A DNA stretch of 64,000 nucleotides from positions 64,001-128,000 of the IMG/VR virus record IMGVR_UViG_3300038679_000357; one strand, given 5' to 3'. A model generated the notes under the pieces. The model was not told where the DNA came from, did not search any database, and was given only the letters and a program-made list of their open reading frames with translations. The position numbers were made by a program, and so were the translations under genes. This DNA is from a virus. Lineage: Duplodnaviria; Caudoviricetes. Every line of letters begins with the position of its first letter. Position 1 is the first letter of the stretch. Positions 40,401 to 51,100 of this stretch are shown here, one piece after another.

Positions 40401-43400
40401 CATTCTGCTGATACTCAGACTTATCTACTGGCTCAATATACACAGTAACGCCAAATGGCTCTACAAGATTGACTCTCGGTTTAGGTATTTTTGCCTGACC
40501 GCCACTTATTGTTTCAGTCAAGAACGATACGGTGTCGCTCTCTATTCCTATTCCAGACAAACCATATTTGCGAGATTTAGTGAATAAAGAAATAAATGCA
40601 CATTCCGGAGAATTACACGGATTTGGATCGTCTGGATCTGATTCACGATATGGCGGACGACCGATAAACATGTTAGAGTATAAGCGGTTGCTAACCCAAC
40701 CATAGGGAACGTCAGTATCGTGCTCAACTGGACCTTCAGAAGGCTCTCTACTTGACCATTTTGGCAAGCGTGTACCAACAGTCAATCCAGAACCACTATA
40801 AACCACGCCCATTGCAGACTGAATCAAGTCATCAGCAACTGTGTCAATATAAGGGAAATCTCTAAAAGATGACGCGGGAAGGTCTCCATTTATCGTAACA
40901 TAATCTATTCCGTCTGCCCATATCCTTTTCTGTCCGTGATAAACAGAGGATGGATTTGTATTGTAGCCAGAAGCGTAAAAATAGAAGTTCCCGCCAGACT
41001 GAGCTTGTTCACGCATCCATTCTACTTGACCTTCTTTCTTGGCGGTGAAGCCACGATATGTGCAAATAGCAGTTATCCCCTCAAACTCCCCCCTACCATT
41101 ATCTTCTAATGCGGCAAGACCGGTTGGCGCAGGTATCGGCTCATGAGGACCGAGAAGAACACCGTCAGCCACGCCTGACTCAGTTTGACTGACGGAAGGG
41201 GACATTTGCGTGCTTGTTGCCTCAAAATTAACCATAGTGCCATCAGAAACTGGCTCCACAGCCTTCCACGATACGTAAGCGCCTATATTATGCCTCGTTT
41301 CACCATCCGCCACGGATGGACCCATACCAGACATAGTTATAACAACTGGATTCCTATAATAAATTTTCTGCTTATTAACGACCTTAGATATACCATCATC
41401 CATTTCGAAAGATGCGTGGATATCAAGCAATGCAACTCTATTGAGAGGAGGTAGAGTAATTGTTGCAATTCCAGAAACAACTTTAACGGTATACTGCACA
41501 ACGTCAAGAAGATCATTGGCGAGAAGTGACTGTTCAGTAGAAATAGTGTACGGATCATCGTCATTAACTGTGCTAAAAACATTCTCTCCACCACCCATTG
41601 CCTCATTATCTCCGCACCCATCCAAGTCTGGAAGATCGTCATCTGCAGCTAATCTAGTATCTATTGTTCTTCGCGCATCATAAATTGCTACTCTCAATAC
41701 ACCATTTGCCGGGAAGCCCTTGTCTGTAATATTGTATGTAATGTTTATGTCATATGGATCTGTGGCGTAAGTCCCAGGAACAATTTGATCGTAAGTTGAT
41801 ACAGCTCCATCTTCATCGACTGATTGACACTGCTGAAAAACTGTTGTTCTATCCACGGCATTGGTGATATATATCGGACAGGCGAAATAAATATCAGTAC
41901 CCTTAACAAGGATAACTGCATTCCGATTACCAGAATCATCAAACATTGTAACCACTGGATTGACAGTATATTTTTTAGCGAGATACCTTACAGTTGATAA
42001 ACTTCCTATTTGCTGCTCTGTCAATTCAGTTGCGAATGACTTCATTTGAGTTGATGCGTACCCACCAATCGATTCCACCTTATGATCCATGGTGAAATCA
42101 GGAATGCCGTCATAATATACTGGCTCTTCAACAACCTCGTTTGACGTCGAAGATGACTGTACATAATCGGAGTCATCCACTCCCTCTTTCATCTCCCCCT
42201 TTTCCATATCTTCAATCGCCTTGGCGCGAACTTGATCTCGTTCACTTGGGTTGAACATCGACTTAGCCAAAGCATCTCGAACTGATGAATTTTCAAACCT
42301 ATCTTCTGTTATCGGACAGACTCTAACGGCGGACCATCCATTTTTGGTCATAATCTCTACTGACGAACGCTTCACTCTTGTTGGATCTGTATTGTAAAAA
42401 TCAGGATTTGCAGATGGATCTACCTGGGGTGGATCTAATGGGTCCAACAACGAAGGATCGTGAAGTGCGTGCGTGAAAATCGGTGTGATATCAACAAGGT
42501 TTACCGTCATCGGAAGTTTTTCCGACACATTGACATCTACTTTAGCGCCAATTTCCGTAGATGGAGTTACAATAGCTGCATGTTTTGACATCAAAAAAGA
42601 CGACGGCATCGCATCCGCGATTCCGACCACTCCAGATTGATCGATAGATGATACCGTTGTTGCATGATAGGCTACAGTCTCTCCTTCAGCAACTTTGTAG
42701 GCGTTCCGGTCATCATCAATAATATCAATGGAATCACCACGCTTTATAGATGAAGCATCCTGCGGAGATATATATATGATTGTTGCCCCAGATGAAGCAT
42801 CTGAAATTAAATAAATTGTTTTCTGTTTGGCTGCATCGCTATTCATCTCTTCAGTTGGCTCTTTATCAACATAAAACTCTACTATTGTTCCGTCTGGAAG
42901 CGGCTCTCCTTCTGCATCAACTGTATCAATTTCCAGGAGTGCGGTTTCATCCATGAAGTACAATTGATAGAATTCCCACGATGACATCGGCTTAAACACC
43001 CACTCTATATGAGCGCCATTTGCAGTCTGAACAAAAAATACAATATCAGATCCATTAAGTGGATCGACTACATAAAATTCAAACGCATCAGTTTTATCCC
43101 ATCCAGTAAGTGATTGAGCAGTATACCTTTCGATCATCGCCCCATTAGAAAGTGATGTCCCGATATATACTTCAGGATCAATTACTATTGCAATCGAAGA
43201 AACATAAGTGATATTTTTCGGCTGCTCAATAGAAGAAATAGAAGATATTCGAACTTGATCATCAACAATAAACGTATGCTCACCAACAACTATAGAGGTA
43301 TCACCTGGCTGAATATCTGATTCTGGTCGAGAAACAGTATAATCGTTAGAAAATCCGTAAACATACCTAATAGCATCCCTTCCAGATGAAGTTGAAACGG

Positions 43401-44589
43401 ACAAACACGCTTCTCCATTTGGTCCTTCGTCTGCAGTAGATATTGACGGAGAGTCAGATTGCCATACTGGTTTCCACCCATCATCTACTGTTTGAGTGCG
43501 AAATTCCGACCAACCGGTATCAAATCCATACACAAGATACTTTGATGAGGATAAACTCCTGAATCCGTACGCGACAACTCCTGTTCCCATATGAGCACGG
43601 ACGTCTCCTGATAACGGATTCCCAAAGGCATCCACTCCTGTTAATGCAGTGTAGTCGTCAACACTTACTGTTACTCCTCTCAACTTACCACTCATAGATA
43701 ATGATAACGGAGATAATGGTCTAGCTCCAAATTGTACAAAATCATACGTTACGTTACGAGGAAACTTAGACTTGAAAGACGACATAATTCCATTGACAAT
43801 CTCTTTTCTAAGAGAGAAGCGATCATTCCACCCCATACTTCCAGACGAATCAACTACATAAGATAAATGCAAATCCATTGGAATTAATCTAATTGAGTCA
43901 ACGGATGGTGATGGATAATATGGACCAGGACCAGAAACGATCATCGTATTGTAAAATGTTCCAGAAGACAAAACGCTTTTTCCAGATTGACTGCCAGACG
44001 AAAGTATTGCTGGCGGGGTAACAATCATGTGTCCAGGCATTGGTCCAATTATTTCGGAATAAGCGTCAAAATCTGAAGCAGCACGAACAGTGCGATGAGC
44101 CCCTAAAATATCCTCCCATGTAGAGCCTCCGTCAGAACTCATGGAGCAACCGTTATCTCCGTCAACTATAGCATAAGCCCAAGCGGCATAGTTGTTTTCA
44201 TCACCACCAGACTGCCACACAGTAAGACACAATCCATTTTCAGGAGTAGTCATCTCTGGTATGGATAAGTTAAATTTATACCAGTCATTTTGCTGTATCG
44301 CTGAAGATAAAATAGAAGCAGAAGATAAAATTGAACCAGTTGGATGTCCGTTTTCGTCAGACTCCCGCAATTCCGCCCACATCGTAAAAGAAAGATCATT
44401 ATCTGATCTAGCTCTGATGAGATATATGGCTACCCACCCGACAGATATCAACTTCTGCACAAATGACAATTTCTGAGATAAAATTCTTGGAGTAGATGGG
44501 TTAAAATTGACAGCAGAGTGACTTGTCGCAACGAATTTTGTTGCGGACCAGCCCGATACACCGTATTTTCCTAAAACTTCGTTGGACAT
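37405..44589 (-). CDS. Giant virion-like adhesin: interrupted vWA domain, Big_1/Ig-like repeats, HxH module
   Basis: 2394 aa; YVVDSSGSM MIDAS near aa 245; GPSRLNDAL and VVVVSDG near aa 1770-1800; DAEGEPLPDGTIVEF and PVSDGTMVNF Ig-like motifs. Confidence 0.7.
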   Translation of the reverse strand: MSNEVLGKYGVSGWSATKFVATSHSAVNFNPSTPRILSQKLSFVQKLISVGWVAIYLIRARSDNDLSFTMWAELRESDENGHPTGSILSSASILSSAIQQNDWYKFNLSIPEMTTPENGLCLTVWQSGGDENNYAAWAYAIVDGDNGCSMSSDGGSTWEDILGAHRTVRAASDFDAYSEIIGPMPGHMIVTPPAILSSGSQSGKSVLSSGTFYNTMIVSGPGPYYPSPSVDSIRLIPMDLHLSYVVDSSGSMGWNDRFSLRKEIVNGIMSSFKSKFPRNVTYDFVQFGARPLSPLSLSMSGKLRGVTVSVDDYTALTGVDAFGNPLSGDVRAHMGTGVVAYGFRSLSSSKYLVYGFDTGWSEFRTQTVDDGWKPVWQSDSPSISTADEGPNGEACLSVSTSSGRDAIRYVYGFSNDYTVSRPESDIQPGDTSIVVGEHTFIVDDQVRISSISSIEQPKNITYVSSIAIVIDPEVYIGTSLSNGAMIERYTAQSLTGWDKTDAFEFYVVDPLNGSDIVFFVQTANGAHIEWVFKPMSSWEFYQLYFMDETALLEIDTVDAEGEPLPDGTIVEFYVDKEPTEEMNSDAAKQKTIYLISDASSGATIIYISPQDASSIKRGDSIDIIDDDRNAYKVAEGETVAYHATTVSSIDQSGVVGIADAMPSSFLMSKHAAIVTPSTEIGAKVDVNVSEKLPMTVNLVDITPIFTHALHDPSLLDPLDPPQVDPSANPDFYNTDPTRVKRSSVEIMTKNGWSAVRVCPITEDRFENSSVRDALAKSMFNPSERDQVRAKAIEDMEKGEMKEGVDDSDYVQSSSTSNEVVEEPVYYDGIPDFTMDHKVESIGGYASTQMKSFATELTEQQIGSLSTVRYLAKKYTVNPVVTMFDDSGNRNAVILVKGTDIYFACPIYITNAVDRTTVFQQCQSVDEDGAVSTYDQIVPGTYATDPYDINITYNITDKGFPANGVLRVAIYDARRTIDTRLAADDDLPDLDGCGDNEAMGGGENVFSTVNDDDPYTISTEQSLLANDLLDVVQYTVKVVSGIATITLPPLNRVALLDIHASFEMDDGISKVVNKQKIYYRNPVVITMSGMGPSVADGETRHNIGAYVSWKAVEPVSDGTMVNFEATSTQMSPSVSQTESGVADGVLLGPHEPIPAPTGLAALEDNGRGEFEGITAICTYRGFTAKKEGQVEWMREQAQSGGNFYFYASGYNTNPSSVYHGQKRIWADGIDYVTINGDLPASSFRDFPYIDTVADDLIQSAMGVVYSGSGLTVGTRLPKWSSREPSEGPVEHDTDVPYGWVSNRLYSNMFIGRPPYRESDPDDPNPCNSPECAFISLFTKSRKYGLSGIGIESDTVSFLTETISGGQAKIPKPRVNLVEPFGVTVYIEPVDKSEYQQNDWRKQPNGESPKSSGYDTYSHPLKRDGVSRYVAVAELTWHDTFIVGRSDNPLPMVSFDVGSVKITKEGVEFSRFEDRTVCSLDFDEAATHYLRTSFDFDHYHEMSVDDNGKGVTTSTVTYSKGVSIPDHVHSVNIYATSPMSEEVYDLSGGVSNLHSHIVKSVAVIGIGPISNKTVAFAVKAQANYDDGKTLPDGSRISRSLDNYAFSYPGVATTGGDSGYVLEIIPTTSQYVDGKIVSGFSARMHGYDPGYTMLFHAYIRTSGGDIPVEDGTRIFADFGFYEYNDIESKTEKDDNGIVVVGNDNAPRTIAVLKTEAFIPGLPEELKAIDKSLVTSDMHWFPSVSSPSLIVKPETDELIFNKVLESFSEIGPSRLNDALALAARRMVTFSQDLSSSKKVVVVVSDGGESNSDLSYDQAVSELKSVDAEDPVELVFVKLERTEPYDDLVVRKFTSSLGGFPVEVSDVEDAVSIPGYVVDSIVNSPSFDLVTGWYSNIIDLGEEKLFDRLSFMVTTPGVSGLTFSIRFSSDGVNFGEWIDIGVGTDFDLSSYGMVNRYMEYRVSFRGDPDTFESPSFVSAAYEYYEPRRYTLMFQPIPVNDGKDGYVGEIIFSHHGNVPVTSSVSYGVKHSDDVGREWYWSDQQPAMKDGYGGIVLSRVNELLVRKDAATYITAYGGWSQDYVVEMYRVTESDKYGSIVSDREYTYDSNSGTFVFGQAQPLSDVFTVTLSMRPLFRIAVDIVNKGPSSASLDYIGTMYRPVDRSYMYDNDRRPVYSALETDFSELGMEPSKTLAKQSVVYNNLIGTAEDVLVDQTVHNTVIYVLGYSSSGIFISTLRENLTLIERNVVLGVSGTPTSFHHMDDSLYVCVLDGSSYIIHRLDSTYSSMYSFDAGSAFEHSGVIRAKVDLWYTTNGNMITIRNRSFREISSISLSTKMSGRFHVGDYIVFTTVYGDAVAEYSMKGDLNAVYIIEERAGSEDNVSVDGGTVSIIRKASVSTYK

Positions 44590-44612
44590 TAGATCATTCT
44601 TTCCGATAGAAT

Positions 44613-44622
44613 ATTGTACAAC
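44613..44622 (-). promoter_or_regulatory. Putative class II promoter -10 variant (GTTGTACAAT)
   Basis: Intergenic, 23 nt upstream of ATG 44589. Confidence 0.4.
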
Positions 44623-45161
44623 TACGCCGGAAGTAGTGAAATTTCAGCGACAACATCTCCAATATGGGTAGTCGATCCACTACTGGTTGTTACGCCAAAT
44701 TGAAACTCTGTACCAGCGGGATAAGCTAGATTACCAAGATCAAAGTTAGAAACGTTATTTACAGCAGAAACAGATAGCGTAACCCCAGAAAACATAACAT
44801 TCGGATCAGAAGATGTACCAAGTCTTACTACCGGAGAAGCCAATAGTGGATCAGATACTGTTTTATGGCGTACAAATAATTTTGATAGGATTGCTACGGC
44901 TCCGGATGGAACTATATAAATCGACGTCTGCGCCGCAACTGTCATATCAACAGATAGTATGTTTTGACTAGAAACATTTCCATGATACGGAAGTAAATTC
45001 CATTCAGTTGAATCATCCCCAATCTTAATTCGATAAAACATCGGTCCAAAGCCATTGTCCTCAATACCAACTTCTCCAAACAAGAGAATAGGATTTGTCG
45101 AGGTCCACTGTGCCGACGTTCCACGCCTTACTTTAATTCTTGCAATTTTGGTCTCTGACAC
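44622..45161 (-). CDS. Small fibre-associated protein with Mtd/hyaluronidase-type N-terminal domain
   Basis: RIKVRRGTSAQWTSTNPILLFGEVGIE...KIGDDSTEWNLLPY. Confidence 0.8.
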   Translation of the reverse strand: MSETKIARIKVRRGTSAQWTSTNPILLFGEVGIEDNGFGPMFYRIKIGDDSTEWNLLPYHGNVSSQNILSVDMTVAAQTSIYIVPSGAVAILSKLFVRHKTVSDPLLASPVVRLGTSSDPNVMFSGVTLSVSAVNNVSNFDLGNLAYPAGTEFQFGVTTSSGSTTHIGDVVAEISLLPA

Positions 45162-45175
45162 GTACGCACCATATG

Positions 45176-48100
45176 TTATGGATTTCCACCGTCTATCTCA
45201 ATATCCCAGATAACCGTATCTGGAAATCCTCCGTCAAACACATCTTCCAATACGGAAGTCGGCAATCCTCCATCAAGAATATCCCACGGCTCTTCCGAAT
45301 TACTAGATGAACTAGACGAAGAACTGAATGAACTACTGCTCGAAAGACTTGAACTACTACTCGAAAGACTTGAACTTACACTGGATGAACCAATCTGTCT
45401 GCTATATTTGTCAGATTGATATACATAATACCCAGAAGAAGTAGAAAAAGCCACTTCAGACGAAGAAAGGACGTAAACTCCACCAAGATATGAAGGAAGA
45501 GGGTTATATTGTTTTGAGTCTTCAAGATCAATAGCCTCTGTCCAAGTATCTCCGTTATCAAATGATGAATATATTCGATGACCAGAGCCAACGGCGTATT
45601 CCATTCCACCAACAAATCCGATACCATTAACTTCCTCAATTAACGGAGAAAGGTAATGTCCATGCGTTAAGCTGTCACCTACCGCATCCCTAGACTCAGA
45701 CGAAACAATTGAAAATTCTCCAGCCTTAATAGAATGAGTATGACTCCACTCCGCGTTTTTCCTAATAAACACAACGTTCGATACCGAAGGAGCGCTTATC
45801 ACTTGAGTGGATGGAGGAACTTGAATGATCCCAGGAAATACCGCAAGGACATCAAACTTATACGAGAGACCATCAGTACAGTCAATTTTCATTACATCCC
45901 CGGAAGAAGCCATAGAGCTGTCACTCACACCCACTAAGGTGTCACCATAGGCAATCCCTGACGTAACTGTTGTACTTCCGGCTTCATACTCAAAATAATA
46001 CGCTCTTGCGTACGAACCATTATCAATGGTAAAATCACATGGAAGAGGCGAGGATAACCCGACGATAGATCCTGAAACGGAGACAACTTCTGATAAAAAT
46101 GACGTGCGATTAGAAACAACTTCCAATTTACACCCGACAACAACACCAAATACGGATACTAATTCTAATTCATTTGCCCCCTTCAACGCATCGTATGATA
46201 AAAGAGAGTTAGATGAAATGAACTTACTGTCATATTCCATGGCGACCGTCTTTCCAAAACCAACTGTAGACAAATGGATTCGGAAACCTACACCAACCTT
46301 ATTCCCATCATTTCCTGAGATATCAATTTTCCCATCCTCTCGTGCCACGAAAATAGACGAAGAACTATGACGAACAACTCTCAGCCGATAGCGCACAAGA
46401 GGTTGTTTTGGATCGTATGCCGTCAGCCAAAATCCTGTAAATAAATCAGTCTCTGATGACAGCCATGGATCAACCAACTGCCATGCTCCAGAAAGCAATA
46501 GTTCTACCTCAAACGAGGTGGAAGATGGTATCGCTGTTATATCACCGATAATTGGTCCTGAAATAGGAGTGACTTGATGCCGATGTCCATTGTTCCAAGA
46601 CGAAAAAACATTCGAAAAAGAAGGTATTGACGACAAGGGGACTATAGAAAGACTAAAGTCAATTCCAGAGTACAGAGTGTTAAAAACAGAATACGACGTT
46701 AACTCTCCGTCAACTCCAATTGCCTCATACGATTCTCTAACGCTAATGATTGTTTCATCATTTGATACAATCTGTAATTTTCCTCCATCGGGAATAGAAT
46801 CTACGCCGTTGAACGACAATTGATTTCCAGACAACTCATTAACCTGTCTCTGAGAATCAAAATCAACCACAATTGGTATATTTCCAACAGAGTTAGTGCA
46901 ATAAACTGTCGCTCCGACACGAAGAGTGGAAATCGTATCGTATCCTTCGGGAGCTACTACTTCAGATGATAACTCAATAAAATTGGCGGTATTTTTAACG
47001 ATCTTGTAAACGGCTATATCAGATCTTGGCAATCCATATTCAGACTCCTGTGGTTCAACAACAAGGGAACCTCCATTAAGTAGGGACGGCTGCATCGTTC
47101 CCACATAATCAACATACAGCCTGATTCCAGATCCAGACAAGCGAAATCCGTATCCATTAACGGCTGATGACGCATCTCCAGAAACAACCATGTCAACAGT
47201 GCCATCAGGTTTGGACGCCGAATTTGAGACGACTGTAAGAGGTGGTATAGACGCAATAAACGATATTTTCCATTCCACAACCTCATTTACTACAACCGCC
47301 TTAGACAATTTAGCAGACAACCTATAGGAAGAACTTAACCCTGGCGACGGAACGACATACTCGACTACACCAGAAATACCAACGCTCTCTATAACGGCTG
47401 CATTTCCAATCGCCGAGATCCTACCATCCCTACGCCTGTCATAAGAAAATGTGCCACCTGAATCCCATTTCAAACCGTCAGAAGTTCCAACATGGATTCT
47501 TCTTTGACGATCCTCTCTAATGCAGTTCATCCTATATGGCAGAACGGTAAACGTTCCACCAGACGATGACATCATGGATTCCCCAAATACGACAATTGTT
47601 GACCCGCTATTTGAGACAACTCTCGCTTCACTCCCGCCGACTGCCATCATCCTTCCAACAAGACTTCCGTCCGGAGGCGGTCCAAGATTAAAATCAACCG
47701 CAACAGATACATTCAAAGCGTCAGTAATCGACATTGAAAGAATGTTCCCGGTCAGTGAAACTGAAGAGAATAATTCGTTCCACCGATTTCCAGTCCCAGT
47801 ACACACATAAACTCCAGAACGATTTCCGTCAGCAGATTTGGCACACGCTGCGATAGATCCGTTCATAAGCAATCCGTATGAAACTACAGTCATATCGGAA
47901 AGTTTATCGCTAGTTGAGTACAAGCTTCCCTTCAGCCATGACACCCCCTTATCATCACTATACGACAAGAATCCATCACCAGATACAATCAGTGTATTTA
48001 CAAATGAAGGATTTGACGGATTGACTACACCGTCCCATTTGTTCCACCAATATGATGTCCCATCATCAGACCTTATTGCTCCCCACCTGGCAGCAATCAC

Positions 48101-51100
48101 AGTAGGAATTCCACCTACTGAATTAACTGATACTTCACTCCACAAAACAAGATTAACATCAGTCGTTTTATACAGCCCAGTTGATGACGCTACGTATAAT
48201 GTGGTCGCATCAAACTGAAGAACATCATATACTTTTTCAAATTCAGGAACCCTTATCCAGTTTGACTCCAACGAAACAAAATCAAGAACATACAGTCCTG
48301 AATCGGAGGCTGAGAAGCACATATTAGAAAAAATGCCAAAACCAGGAAGAATGGTTGATAACCTTGACGATCCAGCGCGTGGACCGTCAACATCATATAT
48401 TGCTAAACTAGCCATGTCGCCAGCATTCCTGTCGATGTAACGATCTATGTTCATTGGATCGCCAGGAATGTCATTGTAATTAAAACGAGTGAGGAAAGTG
48501 TCTATAAAATTGGACGCGACTCCAGGAAACATATAATCTGCAGCAACAGAAAGATGCATAAGATTAGCCAGATAAACATCTGACATTCTCCATCCGAGAC
48601 CTGTATTTTTTGTAGATAGAGCATCTTCCACTTCTTCATGAACGAGAACGCCTACATTTGTCAATTTCCCATCATACACGGTAATCCGAACATCATCAGA
48701 TGACATAACCTGTGGAACCAAGTCTACATCAGCCTGAGACGGAACGTAGTAAGCTGACATTTCATCTAGTGTTACGCTGGAGTTAGACTTCGAAGAATAA
48801 GACAAAAAGACAGTTTTTGTTATCGTTCCATCCACCCACATAAGCCTCAATCTTCCTGATGCAGGTAGATTAGAAAGCAGCGATAGCTCAACAGTTAATG
48901 TGGTATCTCCAACTTGCAGATCTGAGGCAGTTTTTCCAGAGACCGAGAAAATAATATACCCGGCGTTGTCTACCTCTACGTATCCAGTCCTCCTGTCAAT
49001 ACCGCTCCTAGTGGAAAGAACCAAACGATCAGCAATATATAGGTCATACCCAATGCCATCCTTCCATCCACCCTGTTCTGGTCTATAAGAAGATCTGTCA
49101 TACACGCCGTAAACATTGCTTCCGAGATGTATATCTCCACCAAAGTCAACAGACGATCCAGGATAACTTACGTACGTGTTTATCCTCGATGGAATATAGT
49201 CTACCGTGAATGACGACGGCTGTCCAACTCCAAATAACATAGTTTGCGTATATTCGCTTCCGTCAAACGATCCAAAAGAGTTATCGTATCCGACATGGAC
49301 TGAAAACCCATCATATGATGGAGTTGAAGAAACAGCCATCGGAGGAAAAGATCTTGAATCAGACCAAACCCCAAGAGAAAAAACAGATACGATGTCAACA
49401 GTAGATACATACAACTTACCAAATGCAGCAAACACAGTTGTCCATGAAGATCTTGGCTTTTCAACTGTCGTTAATGCAGCCCATGAAACAGCATTAACGC
49501 TTCTAGCAACAGATCCATTTGAGCAAAAGACAGTAATCGTCCTATCAAACTCGTGAGAGTGTCCTAAATATTCTTGAATAACCCCGCCAACCACATCGTG
49601 TGAATGACCAGCATCATGAGATGTCCACCCGTTCAAATCTCCATCAACTGAAATTGAATGAGAATGCCCAGAAACGATCGACGTAGCATCTAAACTCCGA
49701 TCAATCGATACCGAAACTACTTTAGACGGAAGAATCGTGCTGACCCAAGTTTTTCCATAATCAGAAGAAATAGATGAATATTCATCAGAAAAGGCAACGA
49801 TCATCCCGTTCGGGAGGATTTCTATAAAAGATGATCGCTTCCCAGAAACAGGGCGAGCAACCTTACGGAATCCACGTGCAGAACCATGAAGAGAAACATA
49901 AAACCCTGAATCAGACGACAAAGCTGCAAGACCGGACGGAGCACGTTTCATAGCATATACGTACCCAGAAATTGAAGATTCATCAATCGATTCCCATTTC
50001 ACATCTGCGTCATCCGACCAAAACACTCCAGACGAAGATACGGCAAAATACCTATTTGCTGACGATGCATATCCAGATGGCACATTACGTTGTAGGGAAA
50101 TGTCTTTTACAGCATATCGGCTAAAGTCATTGACAACCCGGTAAAAAGTTTCCGGTTCCTCTTCTGACCCCTCTTCTTTTTCTTGAGGTATTTCTGCAAC
50201 AACCACTTCGCCTGGCTTAATATCAGATGCAGTTCTGATGGCTGTATACCCATATTTAGTCAACTTATACGTAGATACATACCTTAAAAGTATTCTATCT
50301 ACACCTCCTGGAACTGCCGGATTACGAAGCCCAACAAAAAGATAAGTATCACCTGGCGCAGATACCATCATTGTCGCTTCAGCTATCTGTTTGCTGTACG
50401 CAGAGTTAATATCAACAGCAATACCAGTCTCTCTCCCATAAGTAGTTACAGCCTCAGACAGAGCCGAATAAATATCTCCAGGATTCGTCTTAACTTGAAC
50501 TCCGTTAACAGAGAACAAATACGCCCCACCAGAAGGAATCATCCATAAGCCATCAGACGTAGAAACCAAAACGTTTCCTAACCCATCATCACACACGTGG
50601 TAAACCGATCTGGCGTCAGTAGCCATTCCACTAGATGGAATCTGATATATCATACCGTCATACGACTGAAGTAGTGACGGAATAGGCTCAGCTATTTCTG
50701 CAAATCGCCCCATGTGATCAATGACAGGAATGCGTTCTGGATCGAACTTACCGGCTGCGATCTTTGACGCTGGGATGTATAAAATATTATCCTGTGGCAA
50801 TCTCCCTTGAACCTCAGAATTGGTCAGAACCTCGACCTCAACAACATCAACATGTGCTTCAGACGACAAGGTAACAACGATATCAGAAGCGGCTGGAAGG
50901 ACAAACTTAAAGGTATCTCCCTCATGAACGAGGCGATACTCACCCACCATAGCCTGAGTTTTAAGCTCAGACACTGGAGTTGCAACGTCTGGAAGAATGA
51001 TGTTTGTTGAATCTGGATAAGCAGTGTAATAGGCAATCGCCGCCCGAAGCATGAATCGATATAAACTTCCCTCTTCTGAGGTAAACACCCAATCTCCACT

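Noticed and set aside
44622-45161. Diversity-generating retroelement suggested by the Mtd-type N-terminal domain
   Set aside because: No reverse transcriptase, no Avd and no TR/VR near-identical pair with adenine-specific mismatches seen in the window; Mtd_N occurs widely without DGRs.
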